50,433 nucleotides of DNA from IMG/VR virus record IMGVR_UViG_3300025718_000163, positions 1-50,433 of that record; one strand, given 5' to 3'. Shown piece by piece: positions 29,048 to 39,413 of the stretch. Under the pieces are notes generated by a model that did not search any database, was not told where the DNA came from, and saw only the letters and a list, made by a program, of their open reading frames with translations. This stretch comes from a virus. Taxonomy: Duplodnaviria > Caudoviricetes. The position numbers and the translations under genes are program-made. How positions within the stretch are numbered: the stretch's first letter is position 1; each line of letters starts with the position of its first letter.

Positions 29048-29418
29048 AGCGTTACCTCCAGCTAAATGAATCTTCAATTGCTCATATATTCATCTCACTC
29101 AAGTGAGTCGTAAGAGCCAAAACTTGCTCTGTACTTACCAGTAACCTCTTGATTAATTATACCCGTATGCAATCGGGCACATCCTCTGCCTAATTTAATA
29201 TTAACCCCACCAAGCATAAAATCACTTAACAGCCACAGTTCTTCTTTACCAAGGTGGTACGCCCTTCCCCATTTTCGTATGATCCGGCGACCATTCATAT
29301 AAGTAGTGTTCTTTGATACACTTTTAGTGTGGCTTCGGCACTGGTCTGGATGTGTAATATTTAAACTTCCGGGATCTAGTAGCCACGCTTTATTTTGCAA
29401 TTAGTATTCTCTCAGTAC

Positions 29419-30072
29419 TTAATTATACCCTAATAGGTTCATTCCATAATCTACACCAACCTGAGATGCCCAGAAATAACCTGCAGCTATTGCATCAGCC
29501 AACACCCGTCCATCTTTGAAGAATCCATACTTCTCATCTATTAGAGCACCTTGAAAATCGACAAAAACATCTTGTACTATATCAATACCAATCGAGATTT
29601 CTGTAGCAAAAGCCTCATTGACTTGTGCTCCTGCGCTAGCGTTTAATGAATCCTCACTATCATAATTGAATTCAAAATAACCACCTTTACTTATGCTCCA
29701 TAAATAGGCCGATTCCACTCCTTTAGCAAAGGCATAAGAGAATTGATTTCTTATAATGGGGAATTGAAGCTCTTTATTAATCCTCTCATGGTATCTATAA
29801 AGATCGTCTCTAAGCTTTCCAGATAGCTCTACTAATTTACCCATTGCCTCTGGAATCATCGCAAGATCATCATCTTTAATTAAACCAGATTGAACAGACC
29901 CTTCTATAATAGTTATTTGTGAAATGGCCATTATCAGCTGATTTTCCTGCTCCGGCCTTTTGTCTAGAAACTTGAAACTTCTCTTCATCTTGTCCTCAAC
30001 CACATTACTTTTCTCGTTGCTTGAACTATTTGAGTTCTTTTCTTGCTTATTAAACATAGCACAATCCTCCAT
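29419..30072 (-). CDS. Hypothetical protein
   Basis: 217-aa ORF with RBS. Confidence 0.65.
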   Translation of the reverse strand: MEDCAMFNKQEKNSNSSSNEKSNVVEDKMKRSFKFLDKRPEQENQLIMAISQITIIEGSVQSGLIKDDDLAMIPEAMGKLVELSGKLRDDLYRYHERINKELQFPIIRNQFSYAFAKGVESAYLWSISKGGYFEFNYDSEDSLNASAGAQVNEAFATEISIGIDIVQDVFVDFQGALIDEKYGFFKDGRVLADAIAAGYFWASQVGVDYGMNLLGYN

Positions 30073-30564
30073 CCAAAGATTAATCTCCTATGACGTGGAT
30101 TTCTAAAAATATTTTTCAATTTTAAATTCTACTAAATGGCTCTATGAACAAATGCTTACCCATGATAGTATTGCTGAACTTACCAATGGTTCGCCCAGAA
30201 ACTCAAAGAGGATAATCTGTCCGCAAAGGAACTAGTATACGTAAGGTAAAGATTATCAACTTTTGTTACTGATTTTTACGAAGATGAAGCTCCGATCCGT
30301 GCGATGATCAATATGGCCAGTTGCTTGCGCTAAAAATGTTCACGACCATGACAACATCGAATATGGTGATACACAACTTTCAGCACACACATGACTGTTG
30401 CTGCGTAACCAGTCAACCTATTGTTATTGAAAGCGAACAATTTAGTTGATTGAGCAAGTCGTGGTTCACTCACAACTTGCAAATCTCATGCTTAGTTATA
30501 TTATACTATTTCCCCGTATCTTGCTTAAGCATATGATAAATGTACCATAGAAAAACAAAAATAT

Positions 30565-30610
30565 TAAGCCCAGTAACTCGTGCGTGATGCATCAAGTTAC
30601 TGGGCTTTAA
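30565..30610. terminator. Hairpin terminator
   Basis: AAGCCCAGTAACT...AGTTACTGGGCTT inverted repeat. Confidence 0.65.
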
Positions 30611-30618
30611 GCTCCTAT

Positions 30619-30859
30619 CTAGAACAAATACTTATACATGACGTCCCTAGTCAGCTCACTGCTACTCATTTTATCAGCCATTGAGGAAATGCTTATTTGA
30701 ACATCCGACGGATAAAGTTCCTCTGAACAAGTATCACAGCAAAGGGTAGGCACATTGTGTATTATATATTTATTGCCAAGTTCCTCCCAAACGATATCTT
30801 GAAATTTTTTTGTAATGCATCTCCACATCTACAGATTAAGCTTCGAGCTACTGCATTCA
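30619..30859 (-). pseudogene. YgiT-type zinc-finger protein, frameshifted in an A7 run
   Basis: MNAVARSLICRCGDALQK | FQDIVWEELGNKYIIHNVPTLCCDTCSEELY; the halves join if one A is added. Confidence 0.65.
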
Positions 30860-31148
30860 TAACGATCACCACCCCTCTCAGAACAGCATATGACCTCTTT
30901 ATTTGTGGGGATGGAACGGCAATAGGACGGTTTAGCAAGGCCGCTTGGCTCCGAACAGGTGGCCTTAATGTTATAATTCATGACATTTACGAATGCGTTG
31001 ATCAGTTTGATTGTCTCATTTGTAGTGAGTAGTGAAAACATTTTAATGTCTTTGGCTTGCACAAATCCAATATACCATCCTACTGAATTGTGTCTAGGTT
31101 GTGTGGTGGACGTACCCCTGCGCAATTTGTCCATGTCATACCACCTCT

Positions 31149-31469
31149 TTAGTTTTGTTGTCTCAATGGCAGACTCACTTTAAATTTTTTAAGATAAGAA
31201 GTAAATATATCTTGTAGAAGTAAAAGTATTACACCGTATAATATAACGCTAATAGAGCCTATTATATAAGGAACGGTTGGAGGTACTGTAAATAAGAAAA
31301 TTGGGCAGATAGTGCCAAATCCAATTCCAAGATAGCAGAGAACGAGGTTGACTCTCTTTTTTAAACCAATGGAATAATGTAGTAAATCCTGAAACAAATA
31401 AATAGTCCAAAGGAATCTTAGAAATACCACTAGATTTGTACCAAAAAAGATTTGGTCTATGCTTGGCAA
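31149..31469 (-). CDS. Small membrane protein
   Basis: Three hydrophobic segments; GGGGG RBS. Confidence 0.55.
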   Translation of the reverse strand: MPSIDQIFFGTNLVVFLRFLWTIYLFQDLLHYSIGLKKRVNLVLCYLGIGFGTICPIFLFTVPPTVPYIIGSISVILYGVILLLLQDIFTSYLKKFKVSLPLRQQN

Positions 31470-31512
31470 ATTATGTACCCCCTATGTAGGTCAATTTTAC
31501 AATCATCTGTTT

Positions 31513-31815
31513 TTATTCTGTTATACTCCCACACTCTAAATCGTTATTATTAATGTTAATTAGCCATTCCCTGAAATCTACTTCATTTAAATGATTAGCT
31601 ACTGCATATTTCAATACATCGATCAAACTATTAGACGCTCGATATTGAGAATCTTCACACTTTGAGCAAATGTAATGAGGAAAGTTATGAATAATAATAT
31701 TCTTACCTTTAACCTCTTCAGAAAAAGTATCAGTAGTGAATACGGTGCGTCCCCCACAATAACAGGTGTAAGCTTGAATGCTTTTTTGTTTCATTACATT
31801 ACTATCTCCTATCAT
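31513..31815 (-). CDS. YgiT-type zinc-finger protein
   Basis: CYCGG...IIIHNFPHYICSKCED. Confidence 0.75.
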   Translation of the reverse strand: MIGDSNVMKQKSIQAYTCYCGGRTVFTTDTFSEEVKGKNIIIHNFPHYICSKCEDSQYRASNSLIDVLKYAVANHLNEVDFREWLININNNDLECGSITE

Positions 31816-31833
31816 GAAATTGCACTCTATCGA

Positions 31834-32049
31834 TCACAGAAGCAAGTTTCTTAATAAACTCTTGAATAAAATTAGTTTCTCCCTTTCTGGGGGTAAGTTC
31901 GGCTTTAGTTTCGAAATTAAGTATTCCCACTCAAACTCATCGCGTAGTTCCTCTTCGATCTTAGCTTCTTTTTTAACAAAAGTATCTTCATAGGATCCGT
32001 TATCCTTAGTCTCAAAGAACTTCAGGAGATTTATAATATCACTTAACAC
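31834..32049 (-). CDS. Hypothetical protein or gene fragment
   Basis: ORF track only. Confidence 0.4.
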   Translation of the reverse strand: MLSDIINLLKFFETKDNGSYEDTFVKKEAKIEEELRDEFEWEYLISKLKPNLPPEREKLILFKSLLRNLLL

Positions 32050-32128
32050 CGACTAAGGTTGGCATCCCACATCCATCCTAATTGTTCTTCGGAGTTACTG
32101 CTCAGAAGGTCTAGGTGGAGACAGCCTG

Positions 32129-32926
32129 TTAGTACCAATAATACTTTCTGAGAATATTACGGACTTTGCGTTTGTGTTCTTGTATAAATGGATCTTTTTC
32201 TGGATTAAATCGAACCTTTTCGACTTCTTGCTTAATAATAGACTGCAATCTTTCTGTTAGAATGCTTTGTCGTCCATCAGAACTACTGTCTGCTGTAATT
32301 CTGGTTTCATTGAAAATTACAGGGTCAGTTTCCTGAGAATACTTAACACGATCTGGTATCTTTTTGATCCCTGGGCAAATACTCCTAATCATCGAATTAA
32401 CTTTTGAAATACGAAGTACACTCTTTGACAGTTGCATGTATTTATTAACCTCAGCCTTAATATTACTCATTAAATCATGCATTCGTTCCCAATGGCTTTT
32501 GGCACAAACCGGTGTACGGAGGCAATTAATTTCCGGGTTACCAATATAAGGTTTAACATCTACGACTATTATTGAATCACACATAAATTCGCCCCAAACG
32601 CCGTATCCTGCTTCGATATTGATGGCAAATTTCTTTGTCTCAGTTTCTTTAATTTCTAAAAAAAACAATGAATTTTCATGGTTAAAGTTTGCAATACATA
32701 ATTTATCAATTTTCTTAAATTTTATAGTTACTAGGTTGTGGTCGGTCAGCGGAAAACAACAGGTTTCATTGACTTCCGGTGATACCTTGAAAATATGAAT
32801 AATAAGCTCTAGATTAGCTTCTTTACTATCCCTTGATAACTTTAACTCATGTATTTCAAAATCATGGAAACTAGGCCATTCGCCATAAATGTTTTCTATT
32901 AATTCACTATTAATAATTCTATGCAT
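32129..32926 (-). CDS. Imm50-like immunity protein with C-terminal extension
   Basis: IYGEWPSFHDFEI..HNLVTIKF..NFNHEN..YGVWGEF.C pattern. Confidence 0.7.
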   Translation of the reverse strand: MHRIINSELIENIYGEWPSFHDFEIHELKLSRDSKEANLELIIHIFKVSPEVNETCCFPLTDHNLVTIKFKKIDKLCIANFNHENSLFFLEIKETETKKFAINIEAGYGVWGEFMCDSIIVVDVKPYIGNPEINCLRTPVCAKSHWERMHDLMSNIKAEVNKYMQLSKSVLRISKVNSMIRSICPGIKKIPDRVKYSQETDPVIFNETRITADSSSDGRQSILTERLQSIIKQEVEKVRFNPEKDPFIQEHKRKVRNILRKYYWY

Positions 32927-33087
32927 GATTTAACCTCCAAGAAGCTTCTTTTCTATGCACACATGATTTTGGATTGCTTTTTGAGGTGTAATTATAGACT
33001 TGCGCCTTTCTATCTAGCCATTTATTTGGCGTCTACTTGATCCAAGAATAGTATCTAATTGATCAACTAAATAGAATCTATTAATTG

Positions 33088-33480
33088 TTATCCTTCCTTT
33101 TCTGCTCTTTTTATATAGTAAATCGGCTTGTCTTTCTTTGGATGCCTCAGCACATATAAGTTTTTAACGCCATATTTTTTACCAATTAAGCTGTATCCAT
33201 TTTTAGTGATTGTAAAACCATAGTCTTTGCTTCCCTCGAACCAATGCATATACATTTTCTTTAAGAATTTTTCCACAATCGGGTATTTTGAACTTTCGCC
33301 GATTATAGAATCAATACCACAAAATGGGCATAATGCTGTTCCACTCGTATCTGGAATCCAACTTGTTATACTCTTCGGGTTAAATATTGCTAAACAATAA
33401 AAACAACCGCAAGATTTGTCTTGTAGTAATTCTTTCTTGTGATTAGAACTATATTTATGGGCTTCAATGTAATCTCTCAT
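33088..33480 (-). CDS. Cys-rich zinc-binding hypothetical protein
   Basis: AHKYS..CGCFYC..TALCPFCGIDSIIG..MYMHWF. Confidence 0.75.
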   Translation of the reverse strand: MRDYIEAHKYSSNHKKELLQDKSCGCFYCLAIFNPKSITSWIPDTSGTALCPFCGIDSIIGESSKYPIVEKFLKKMYMHWFEGSKDYGFTITKNGYSLIGKKYGVKNLYVLRHPKKDKPIYYIKRAEKEG

Positions 33481-33499
33481 GATTTAAATCTCCCTTATT

Positions 33500-34292
33500 T
33501 TTAATTTCGAGGCCATTGCATGGTGGACCAGCCTGCCAAACGAAGTCTTCAGGGCAATAGGGGATCCATGCTCCAGTAACCGTGATGGCCTAGGATCGCA
33601 TTTAAGAAGGCATAGACGTACTCACTCCTAACATCTTTCAGAAAAGGTCGAAGGATGCAGACTCCGTGGGTTATATGGTCGATAAACTTTCCCAAGCTCA
33701 ATGTATCTTACTGAAGGTCCAAAGAATTCATACACATCGATCTTGCAGATATCGTGGAAAAGGGCGGCTGTAATACCGATATTCCGTTCCCTATCGGTTG
33801 CCCGTTGAGCTACAAGTTCAGCCACTGAAACCTCATGGAGCAGTAATCCGTGTTTAAAATTGTGGTGCATGTCAAATAGCAACCGGGGCGTCGAAATATT
33901 TATCTATTAGAGCTTTATCGTCCAGGATGCGGTTCAGGAGCTGGCCGGATTCAGATTGCAACGGCACGGAATTAACCAGATTATAGAATCTCAGCATAAG
34001 TTCTTCGAGACTTACGGATAGGTTCCGTGGTTCAAAAGTTAGTCCATAAGCCTTTTCAATAGTTGAAATGTTTAATTGAGCGCTTCCATTATATTCACCG
34101 ATTGAACCCGTGATTAATACATAATCACCTTTGCTAAACCCGCACGAATCAGCAGTTGCGACGTTAGCATAAATCCGATCCGTTGAAGTGGCAAAGCAAA
34201 CACTCAGAAATGGTTTTTTTGACTGTGTAATCTTTTCCTTTATAGTGAGCAAAGAAAAGAACTTTATTCAATTCATCCCGGATAGAAAACAT
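33500..34292 (-). pseudogene. YhaM/Cbf1-like OB-fold + HD exoribonuclease, multiply frameshifted
   Basis: Fragments EYNGSAQL (OB), MHHNFKHGLLLH, ALFHDICK and ILGHHG lie in different frames. Confidence 0.8.
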
Positions 34293-34312
34293 ATCGACTA
34301 CCTCCTGTTTTT

Positions 34313-34831
34313 TTACGCAAATCGATATTCCTTATGATTAACGCGATTGTTTCTGTCAAACTGAAAGTACACTCCCTCTACAATATGTGGAGCTAAATGA
34401 ACAAAATCAAATTCCACCTGATTTGCATTTTCTTTCACTAAGAAAAGTTGATACCCCCGTATCTCTTTAATCTGTGCCCTGATTAGGGTATTTTTATGGT
34501 CCTTATCTGCAATGCATATATTTTGATCTGTAAGACTTCTTACGATTACAGCAGCAGAGGCGTTCTGCTCAAGTATTTCATATAATTCAGAGACAATACC
34601 ATTATGTAATGAAATACTCGATCCTAACAATCCATTTTTCGAAATCTTGAATTCAAATACGTCAGTGTTGTAACTTAACACGCAATATGCTGGTGCTAAT
34701 TCTTGTAATAACTCTACAAAATTCTGTTCTTTCCAACTGCTTTTTCGTTTCGTTCCTATCACAATATATCTCTCCTTATAAAAGCGATTATCGTACTTCC
34801 TACTACAGCCCTGCCCCATAAAAGCAGTCAA
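34313..34831 (-). CDS. Hypothetical protein (start uncertain)
   Basis: ORF track; an RBS near 34772 suggests a shorter product. Confidence 0.55.
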   Translation of the reverse strand: MTAFMGQGCSRKYDNRFYKERYIVIGTKRKSSWKEQNFVELLQELAPAYCVLSYNTDVFEFKISKNGLLGSSISLHNGIVSELYEILEQNASAAVIVRSLTDQNICIADKDHKNTLIRAQIKEIRGYQLFLVKENANQVEFDFVHLAPHIVEGVYFQFDRNNRVNHKEYRFA

Positions 34832-35025
34832 AAACGTCCAAATAGATTAATAACATTAGTGATCTATTTGGACGTTTTCTGTGTTGTCTCTATCTTTTTA
34901 TCCTAAGATTACTACTCTAAGTCGCTACCACATTTGGGACAAAATCTTTCAAACCTTGAGACATCGTAGCCACAGTGAGGACAACACCAATTACAGTGTG
35001 TTCTTTTTAAAACTTTGAATATACA
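34828..35025. repeat. Diverged direct repeat copy 1 (inverted repeat + zinc-ribbon mini-gene lacking an in-frame start)
   Basis: Aligns with 38240-38442; encodes ...NWCCPHCGYDVSRFERFCPKCGSDLE*. Confidence 0.75.
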
Positions 35026-35090
35026 AAGATCACTTCATAAAAACCCGAGGAGTATTTGGCAGAAATCATGGCGTTTAAACTAAATCAGCC

Positions 35091-35870
35091 TTATTTTTTG
35101 CCAAGGTATTCTTCCTCAAAAAGTTCGTCCATGGAAATTTTTGCAGGAATTTCTCTGCGGTACCGTAAAGCATCTAACACCATTTTTTCGACTTGCTTTG
35201 TAAGTCTAACCCCCATTAGCAGATTATAGGTCCTATAGCCGCATTTACATACCATTGCAGGTACCTCTATTATCGTCAGATCCATTTTTTCGTTAGGAAG
35301 ATCTAAAGGAAATACACGTTCCATATGACCAGCGACCATTTTCCCACCACAGTCTGAGCAGGATGTTTTACGTTTTGCGGCGCCAGGCAACTTGTCAGGT
35401 CCCTCGGAGCCTGTCTCTCCTGAGTTATTCTTTCCAAGATAGTCTTCACCAAAGAGTGCTTCTATGGACATTTTTGTAGGAATTTCTTTCTGATATTTCA
35501 ATGCATCTAATACCATTAAATCGATTAATTCTTTAATGTTGGAGCGCTCTGCAAGACTAATTGTTTGCTCGCTCGAGCTGCATTCACAAGTCTGAACTGG
35601 AATGTGAGTCAGAATAAACTCTTGTTGTTTACCTGCGATATTGAGAACATATAACGCTCTACCTCTGCCTGATGACATTTTCTTATGACATTTATGGCAA
35701 GTATTTATTTTTTGATATGGAGAATATTTATTAACAGCCAGTCTAATAAGTTCAGAAATGCCCACACCCGCGATGCCAGCTTTCATTACAAGCATCGCAT
35801 ATTCACCTTTTCTCATCAGATAGGTCGGAGACACAGTGGTTTTATTGTCTGATAATGATCTTGGATTCAT
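35091..35870 (-). CDS. Protein with an RHH-like N-terminus and two tandem YgiT-type zinc fingers
   Basis: CHKC..HIPVQTCEC and CSDC..EVPAMVCKC, each followed by MVLDAL.Y..EIP.K.S...LF.E.YLGK. Confidence 0.75.
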   Translation of the reverse strand: MNPRSLSDNKTTVSPTYLMRKGEYAMLVMKAGIAGVGISELIRLAVNKYSPYQKINTCHKCHKKMSSGRGRALYVLNIAGKQQEFILTHIPVQTCECSSSEQTISLAERSNIKELIDLMVLDALKYQKEIPTKMSIEALFGEDYLGKNNSGETGSEGPDKLPGAAKRKTSCSDCGGKMVAGHMERVFPLDLPNEKMDLTIIEVPAMVCKCGYRTYNLLMGVRLTKQVEKMVLDALRYRREIPAKISMDELFEEEYLGKK

Positions 35871-36431
35871 TTTTTAACACCATCCTCTCTTTCTTACGAA
35901 AGCTGTAGAATCTGCGGCGGTGGAAAGCTCCTTAACCCTAAGGTTTTGAGTGGTAGCTCCATCGTTCGTATCCATATATGATTGGTTAGTTTTATTCCCG
36001 GAAATACGAATGTAGCATGTAGAACAGCAATCCCTTTTGTCTTAGTTTCCTCTCATCTTCGTAAATTTTGTTGATCCTTTTTTTAATGCAATTATCGCAA
36101 GGTCGTTTTTAGGATCGTAATTAATTTTATTTATTACCTTTCTAAATCCTTCTTTATATATTTTTTTATAGATTTCATTTATTATTTTCTCCTTTTACAA
36201 ATAAAATCTATTTTATAGATTTAGGCTCATAATTCTTTGTGTTTTGAGAGAATTTCTAGGCCTATAGCATTTTCATAATCATTCAACCTTGGCCAAAAAC
36301 GAATTTACAGAATTTATATCTTCACGATGAGCTCTATCCTCACCTAGTATTTTACAATGACACTAGGAAGAAGTCAGAATGCTCTGGAAAGAAGAACCTT
36401 TTTTGCATCTAGCGCAAATTTTGGTTTGAAT

Positions 36432-36659
36432 TTATTCAATTAGCTTACAATTTACTGGTGAAATGAATGCGTACCTTCCACCATTATCGACAACCATATA
36501 CCTCCTTTCAGTTTTAGCTTCATTTTGGCGTGTCCTTTTCACTTTGTATTCCTTGAGAGGCGTAAAATCCAAATAGTTCTTGGCTACCTCTGTTATGTAG
36601 TCATCATTGATTACTATATACGGTGAAGGTGGAATCTTCCCTTTTGTTAGTTCACTCAT
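36432..36659 (-). CDS. Small hypothetical protein (GKIPPSPY family)
   Basis: AGGAGG RBS; paralog at 38493-38705. Confidence 0.7.
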   Translation of the reverse strand: MSELTKGKIPPSPYIVINDDYITEVAKNYLDFTPLKEYKVKRTRQNEAKTERRYMVVDNGGRYAFISPVNCKLIE

Positions 36660-36821
36660 TTTTCTGCCTCCTGATTTTAGTTGAATTCGCCCCTATATAA
36701 TAAAAGACTCTTTCTCATTATTGACACGGACAATATAATACAAAATTAGCAAATGTCATTTCGTTGAAACCACAACACTGTATTTCACATTCCCTTCTAT
36801 GTACATGTTTCGATATAGGGT

Positions 36822-38051
36822 TTATGCAGATTGAAGAAAGGGTTCTTCTTTCTTCAAGACCACGTCCTGGTTAACGACGCATTTTGTAACATCATTGCGC
36901 GAAGGCAAATCATACATCACATTGAGCATAATATCCTCCATGATGGCTCTTAATCCTCGTGCACCGGTATTGCGACGAATTGCTTCATTGGCAATCGAAG
37001 AGAGTGCCCCTTCTTCGAACTCCAAGGTTACACCATCAAGCTCCATCAACTTTTGATATTGCTTGACCAAAGCATTCTTTGGTTCTGTCAAGATCTGTAC
37101 TAACGCAGCTTCATCCAACGCTTCTAGAGTTACAATTACAGGTAACCGTCCTGCAAATTCAGGGATAAGCCCGAATTTCTGAAGGTCTGCAGGCAAAATG
37201 TCTTTCAAAACTTCTCCCACATTCGTCTGGAATTTTTTTTGGATCTTTGCACCAAAGCCCATGGTTTTTTCTCCTGACCTATTTTGAATAATTTTTTCCA
37301 TTCCGTCAAAAGCTCCGCCTACAATAAAGAGAATATTCGTGGTGTCTAACTGGATAAATTCCTGTAGCGGATGTTTTCGTCCACCTTGTGGGGGCACGTT
37401 GGCAACCGTTCCTTCAAGAATCTTCAGCAAGGCCTGCTGAACCCCTTCTCCAGATACATCTCGTGTAATAGAGGGGTTCTCAGACTTACGGGCAATTTTA
37501 TCAATTTCGTCGATATAGATAATTCCTTTTTGCGCTTTTTCCACATCATAATCAGCAGCTTGCATTAACTTAAGAAGAATATTCTCAACATCCTCACCGA
37601 CATACCCAGCTTCAGTAAGTGAGGTTGCATCTGCAATGGTAAAGGGAACATCAAGGACTTTAGCTAGCGTCGAAGCCAGTAACGTTTTTCCTGAACCTGT
37701 TGGTCCCATCATTATGATATTTGATTTTTGCAATTCAACGTCATCGTTTTTCATACCAAGGTTAATCCGTTTGTAATGGTTGTATACCGCAACCGAAAGA
37801 ACCTTTTTCGCTTGATCCTGACCGACAACATATTGATCTATAATCGCCCTAATCTCCTGGGGTTTCAGAATATCCCCAATTTTAACACTCAAATCATCAG
37901 TCTGTTCTTCTTCAATAATTTCATTACAGAGATCAATACATTGATCACAAATGTGTGCACCTGGACCAGCTACTAATCTCTTGACTTGCTCTTCGGTCCT
38001 CTCGCAAAATGAACATATTAGTAAATTTTTATTATCGGTGTGCTTTGGCAT
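36822..38051 (-). CDS. clpX: ATP-dependent Clp protease ATP-binding subunit ClpX
   Basis: C4 zinc finger [34 protein letters not shown] and MGF loop. Confidence 0.96.
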   Translation of the reverse strand: MPKHTDNKNLLICSFCERTEEQVKRLVAGPGAHICDQCIDLCNEIIEEEQTDDLSVKIGDILKPQEIRAIIDQYVVGQDQAKKVLSVAVYNHYKRINLGMKNDDVELQKSNIIMMGPTGSGKTLLASTLAKVLDVPFTIADATSLTEAGYVGEDVENILLKLMQAADYDVEKAQKGIIYIDEIDKIARKSENPSITRDVSGEGVQQALLKILEGTVANVPPQGGRKHPLQEFIQLDTTNILFIVGGAFDGMEKIIQNRSGEKTMGFGAKIQKKFQTNVGEVLKDILPADLQKFGLIPEFAGRLPVIVTLEALDEAALVQILTEPKNALVKQYQKLMELDGVTLEFEEGALSSIANEAIRRNTGARGLRAIMEDIMLNVMYDLPSRNDVTKCVVNQDVVLKKEEPFLQSA

Positions 38052-38239
38052 CCGATCACCTCTTGTTTCATAATTTAGCTCTCTTTTTTGCGTTTATCCG
38101 ACTAGAAAGTTGACCACTTAAGATTGACCAAAACCTGAGTGCACGTTCGCTCTACGATGAGTCCTCAGATTGCAACCCACATAACATTCAATGGGCATTT
38201 AATTGAAGTTTATATTCTTTTCTTAGCCAAATGTGGAAA

Positions 38240-38442
38240 CAAGGACACCCAAATAATTTATAGCGTTAGGTCGATTTATTTGGGCGTCTTTGGTGTTCCT
38301 ATTCTTTTTATTCCTAATATCGCTACTCTAAATCGCAGCCACATTTCGGACAAAATCTGTCATACCTAGCTACATCGTAACCACAGTGAGGGCAACACCA
38401 ATTACTGTGTGTTTTTTTCAGCGTCTTAAATATAATACTCAA
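38240..38442. repeat. Diverged direct repeat copy 2
   Basis: Matches 34828-35025. Confidence 0.75.
38323..38442 (-). CDS. Zinc-ribbon mini-protein (39 aa)
   Basis: MSIIFKTLKKTHSNWCCPHCGYDVARYDRFCPKCGCDLE*; RBS AAGGGGGAG; conserved paralog. Confidence 0.6.
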   Translation of the reverse strand: MSIIFKTLKKTHSNWCCPHCGYDVARYDRFCPKCGCDLE

Positions 38443-38492
38443 TCTAAACTCTCCCCCTTTTTAGTAACGTTCTTTCTTAAGAAACTGCATTT

Positions 38493-38705
38493 TTAAACTA
38501 TCTTACAATCTCTTGAAGAAACAGTCGTATATTTACCTTCATTATCCACGACCAAGAATTACCTTTCATTTTCAGTGGAAATAGACTGCTTAACTTTGTA
38601 TCCCTTACTTGGAGTTATATTTAATACTTTAGACCATTTTTCTATTAACTCCTCACTGATGATGATATAGGGTGCAGGTGGAATTTTCCCAGCTGGTACA
38701 CTCAT
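38493..38705 (-). pseudogene. Paralog of 36432-36659 with a premature TAA
   Basis: MSVPAGKIPPAPYIII...ENER*FLVVDNEGKY..DCKIV. Confidence 0.7.
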
Positions 38706-38727
38706 TTTATTTCCTTCTCAACTATTT

Positions 38728-39318
38728 TTAATTATAGTATTTTCCGACAAGTTCCATAAACTCATTGATAAAATCATTTGTCTCAGGTTTCTTCTCCCAC
38801 TCAGGTAAAACATTAAAATAATGAGATATGGCGGCAATCATGTCATGCAATTTTCGCTCATCACCGTATTCTTGAAATAACGTCAGTAACAGTTGGAATG
38901 CTCTGAGTTCATCATCCTGTGTTATAGGTTCCAAAACTTCCCGAAAACCATGGGCGACTATTGCCTTCTTAATTTTAAATTCTACCTCGTTCATTTCCTT
39001 TGAATCATATATCGGAACCTCGATAATTCCGGACTCGTTTTCACTTTGTAAGCATAATTGCTGTTGGTATGCAGTAGGCTGCATCTCGTGTTGAAGTTGA
39101 CTTTTTTGGATATATAACTTTAGAATTTCGGTAAGCTCCTTTTGGAATATTTCTTCGGGGAGGTCAAACATTCTAGATAATTCTGGGAGATGCTTCTTAG
39201 ATATGTCCTGCTTATTCTTTACCCAACGGTTAATGTTTTGCTTCTTTATACCTAACTTCTCCGCTAACTCCTTATGTTGGACCCCGTGAAGTTCTAGAAT
39301 ATACTCCAAACAAATCAC
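38728..39318 (-). CDS. XRE-family transcriptional regulator
   Basis: QHKELAEKLGIKKQNINRW HTH; AAAGGAG RBS before the GTG at 39318. Confidence 0.85.
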   Translation of the reverse strand: MICLEYILELHGVQHKELAEKLGIKKQNINRWVKNKQDISKKHLPELSRMFDLPEEIFQKELTEILKLYIQKSQLQHEMQPTAYQQQLCLQSENESGIIEVPIYDSKEMNEVEFKIKKAIVAHGFREVLEPITQDDELRAFQLLLTLFQEYGDERKLHDMIAAISHYFNVLPEWEKKPETNDFINEFMELVGKYYN

Positions 39319-39340
39319 TGTAATAACTCCTTTCTCATAT

Positions 39341-39363
39341 TGTCTAGACACAGTGTCTAGACA
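39341..39363. promoter_or_regulatory. Tandem palindromic operator TGTCTAGACA-cag-TGTCTAGACA
   Basis: Two perfect 10-bp palindromes directly upstream of the XRE RBS. Confidence 0.7.
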
Positions 39364-39413
39364 ATAATATCATGTGATATTCTCCTAGTCAATATATTTA
39401 TTAAATTGCAGCG

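Noticed and set aside
29095-29400. 101-aa ORF
   Set aside because: No RBS or motif; likely spurious or a remnant
30150-30475. Possible TauE/SafE membrane-protein remnant
   Set aside because: Similarity is only impressionistic across several frameshifts
30829-31140. Possible decayed toxin upstream of the frameshifted YgiT gene
   Set aside because: The position fits a toxin-antitoxin pair, but the RBS-linked frame stops after 19 codons and no toxin motif is recognisable
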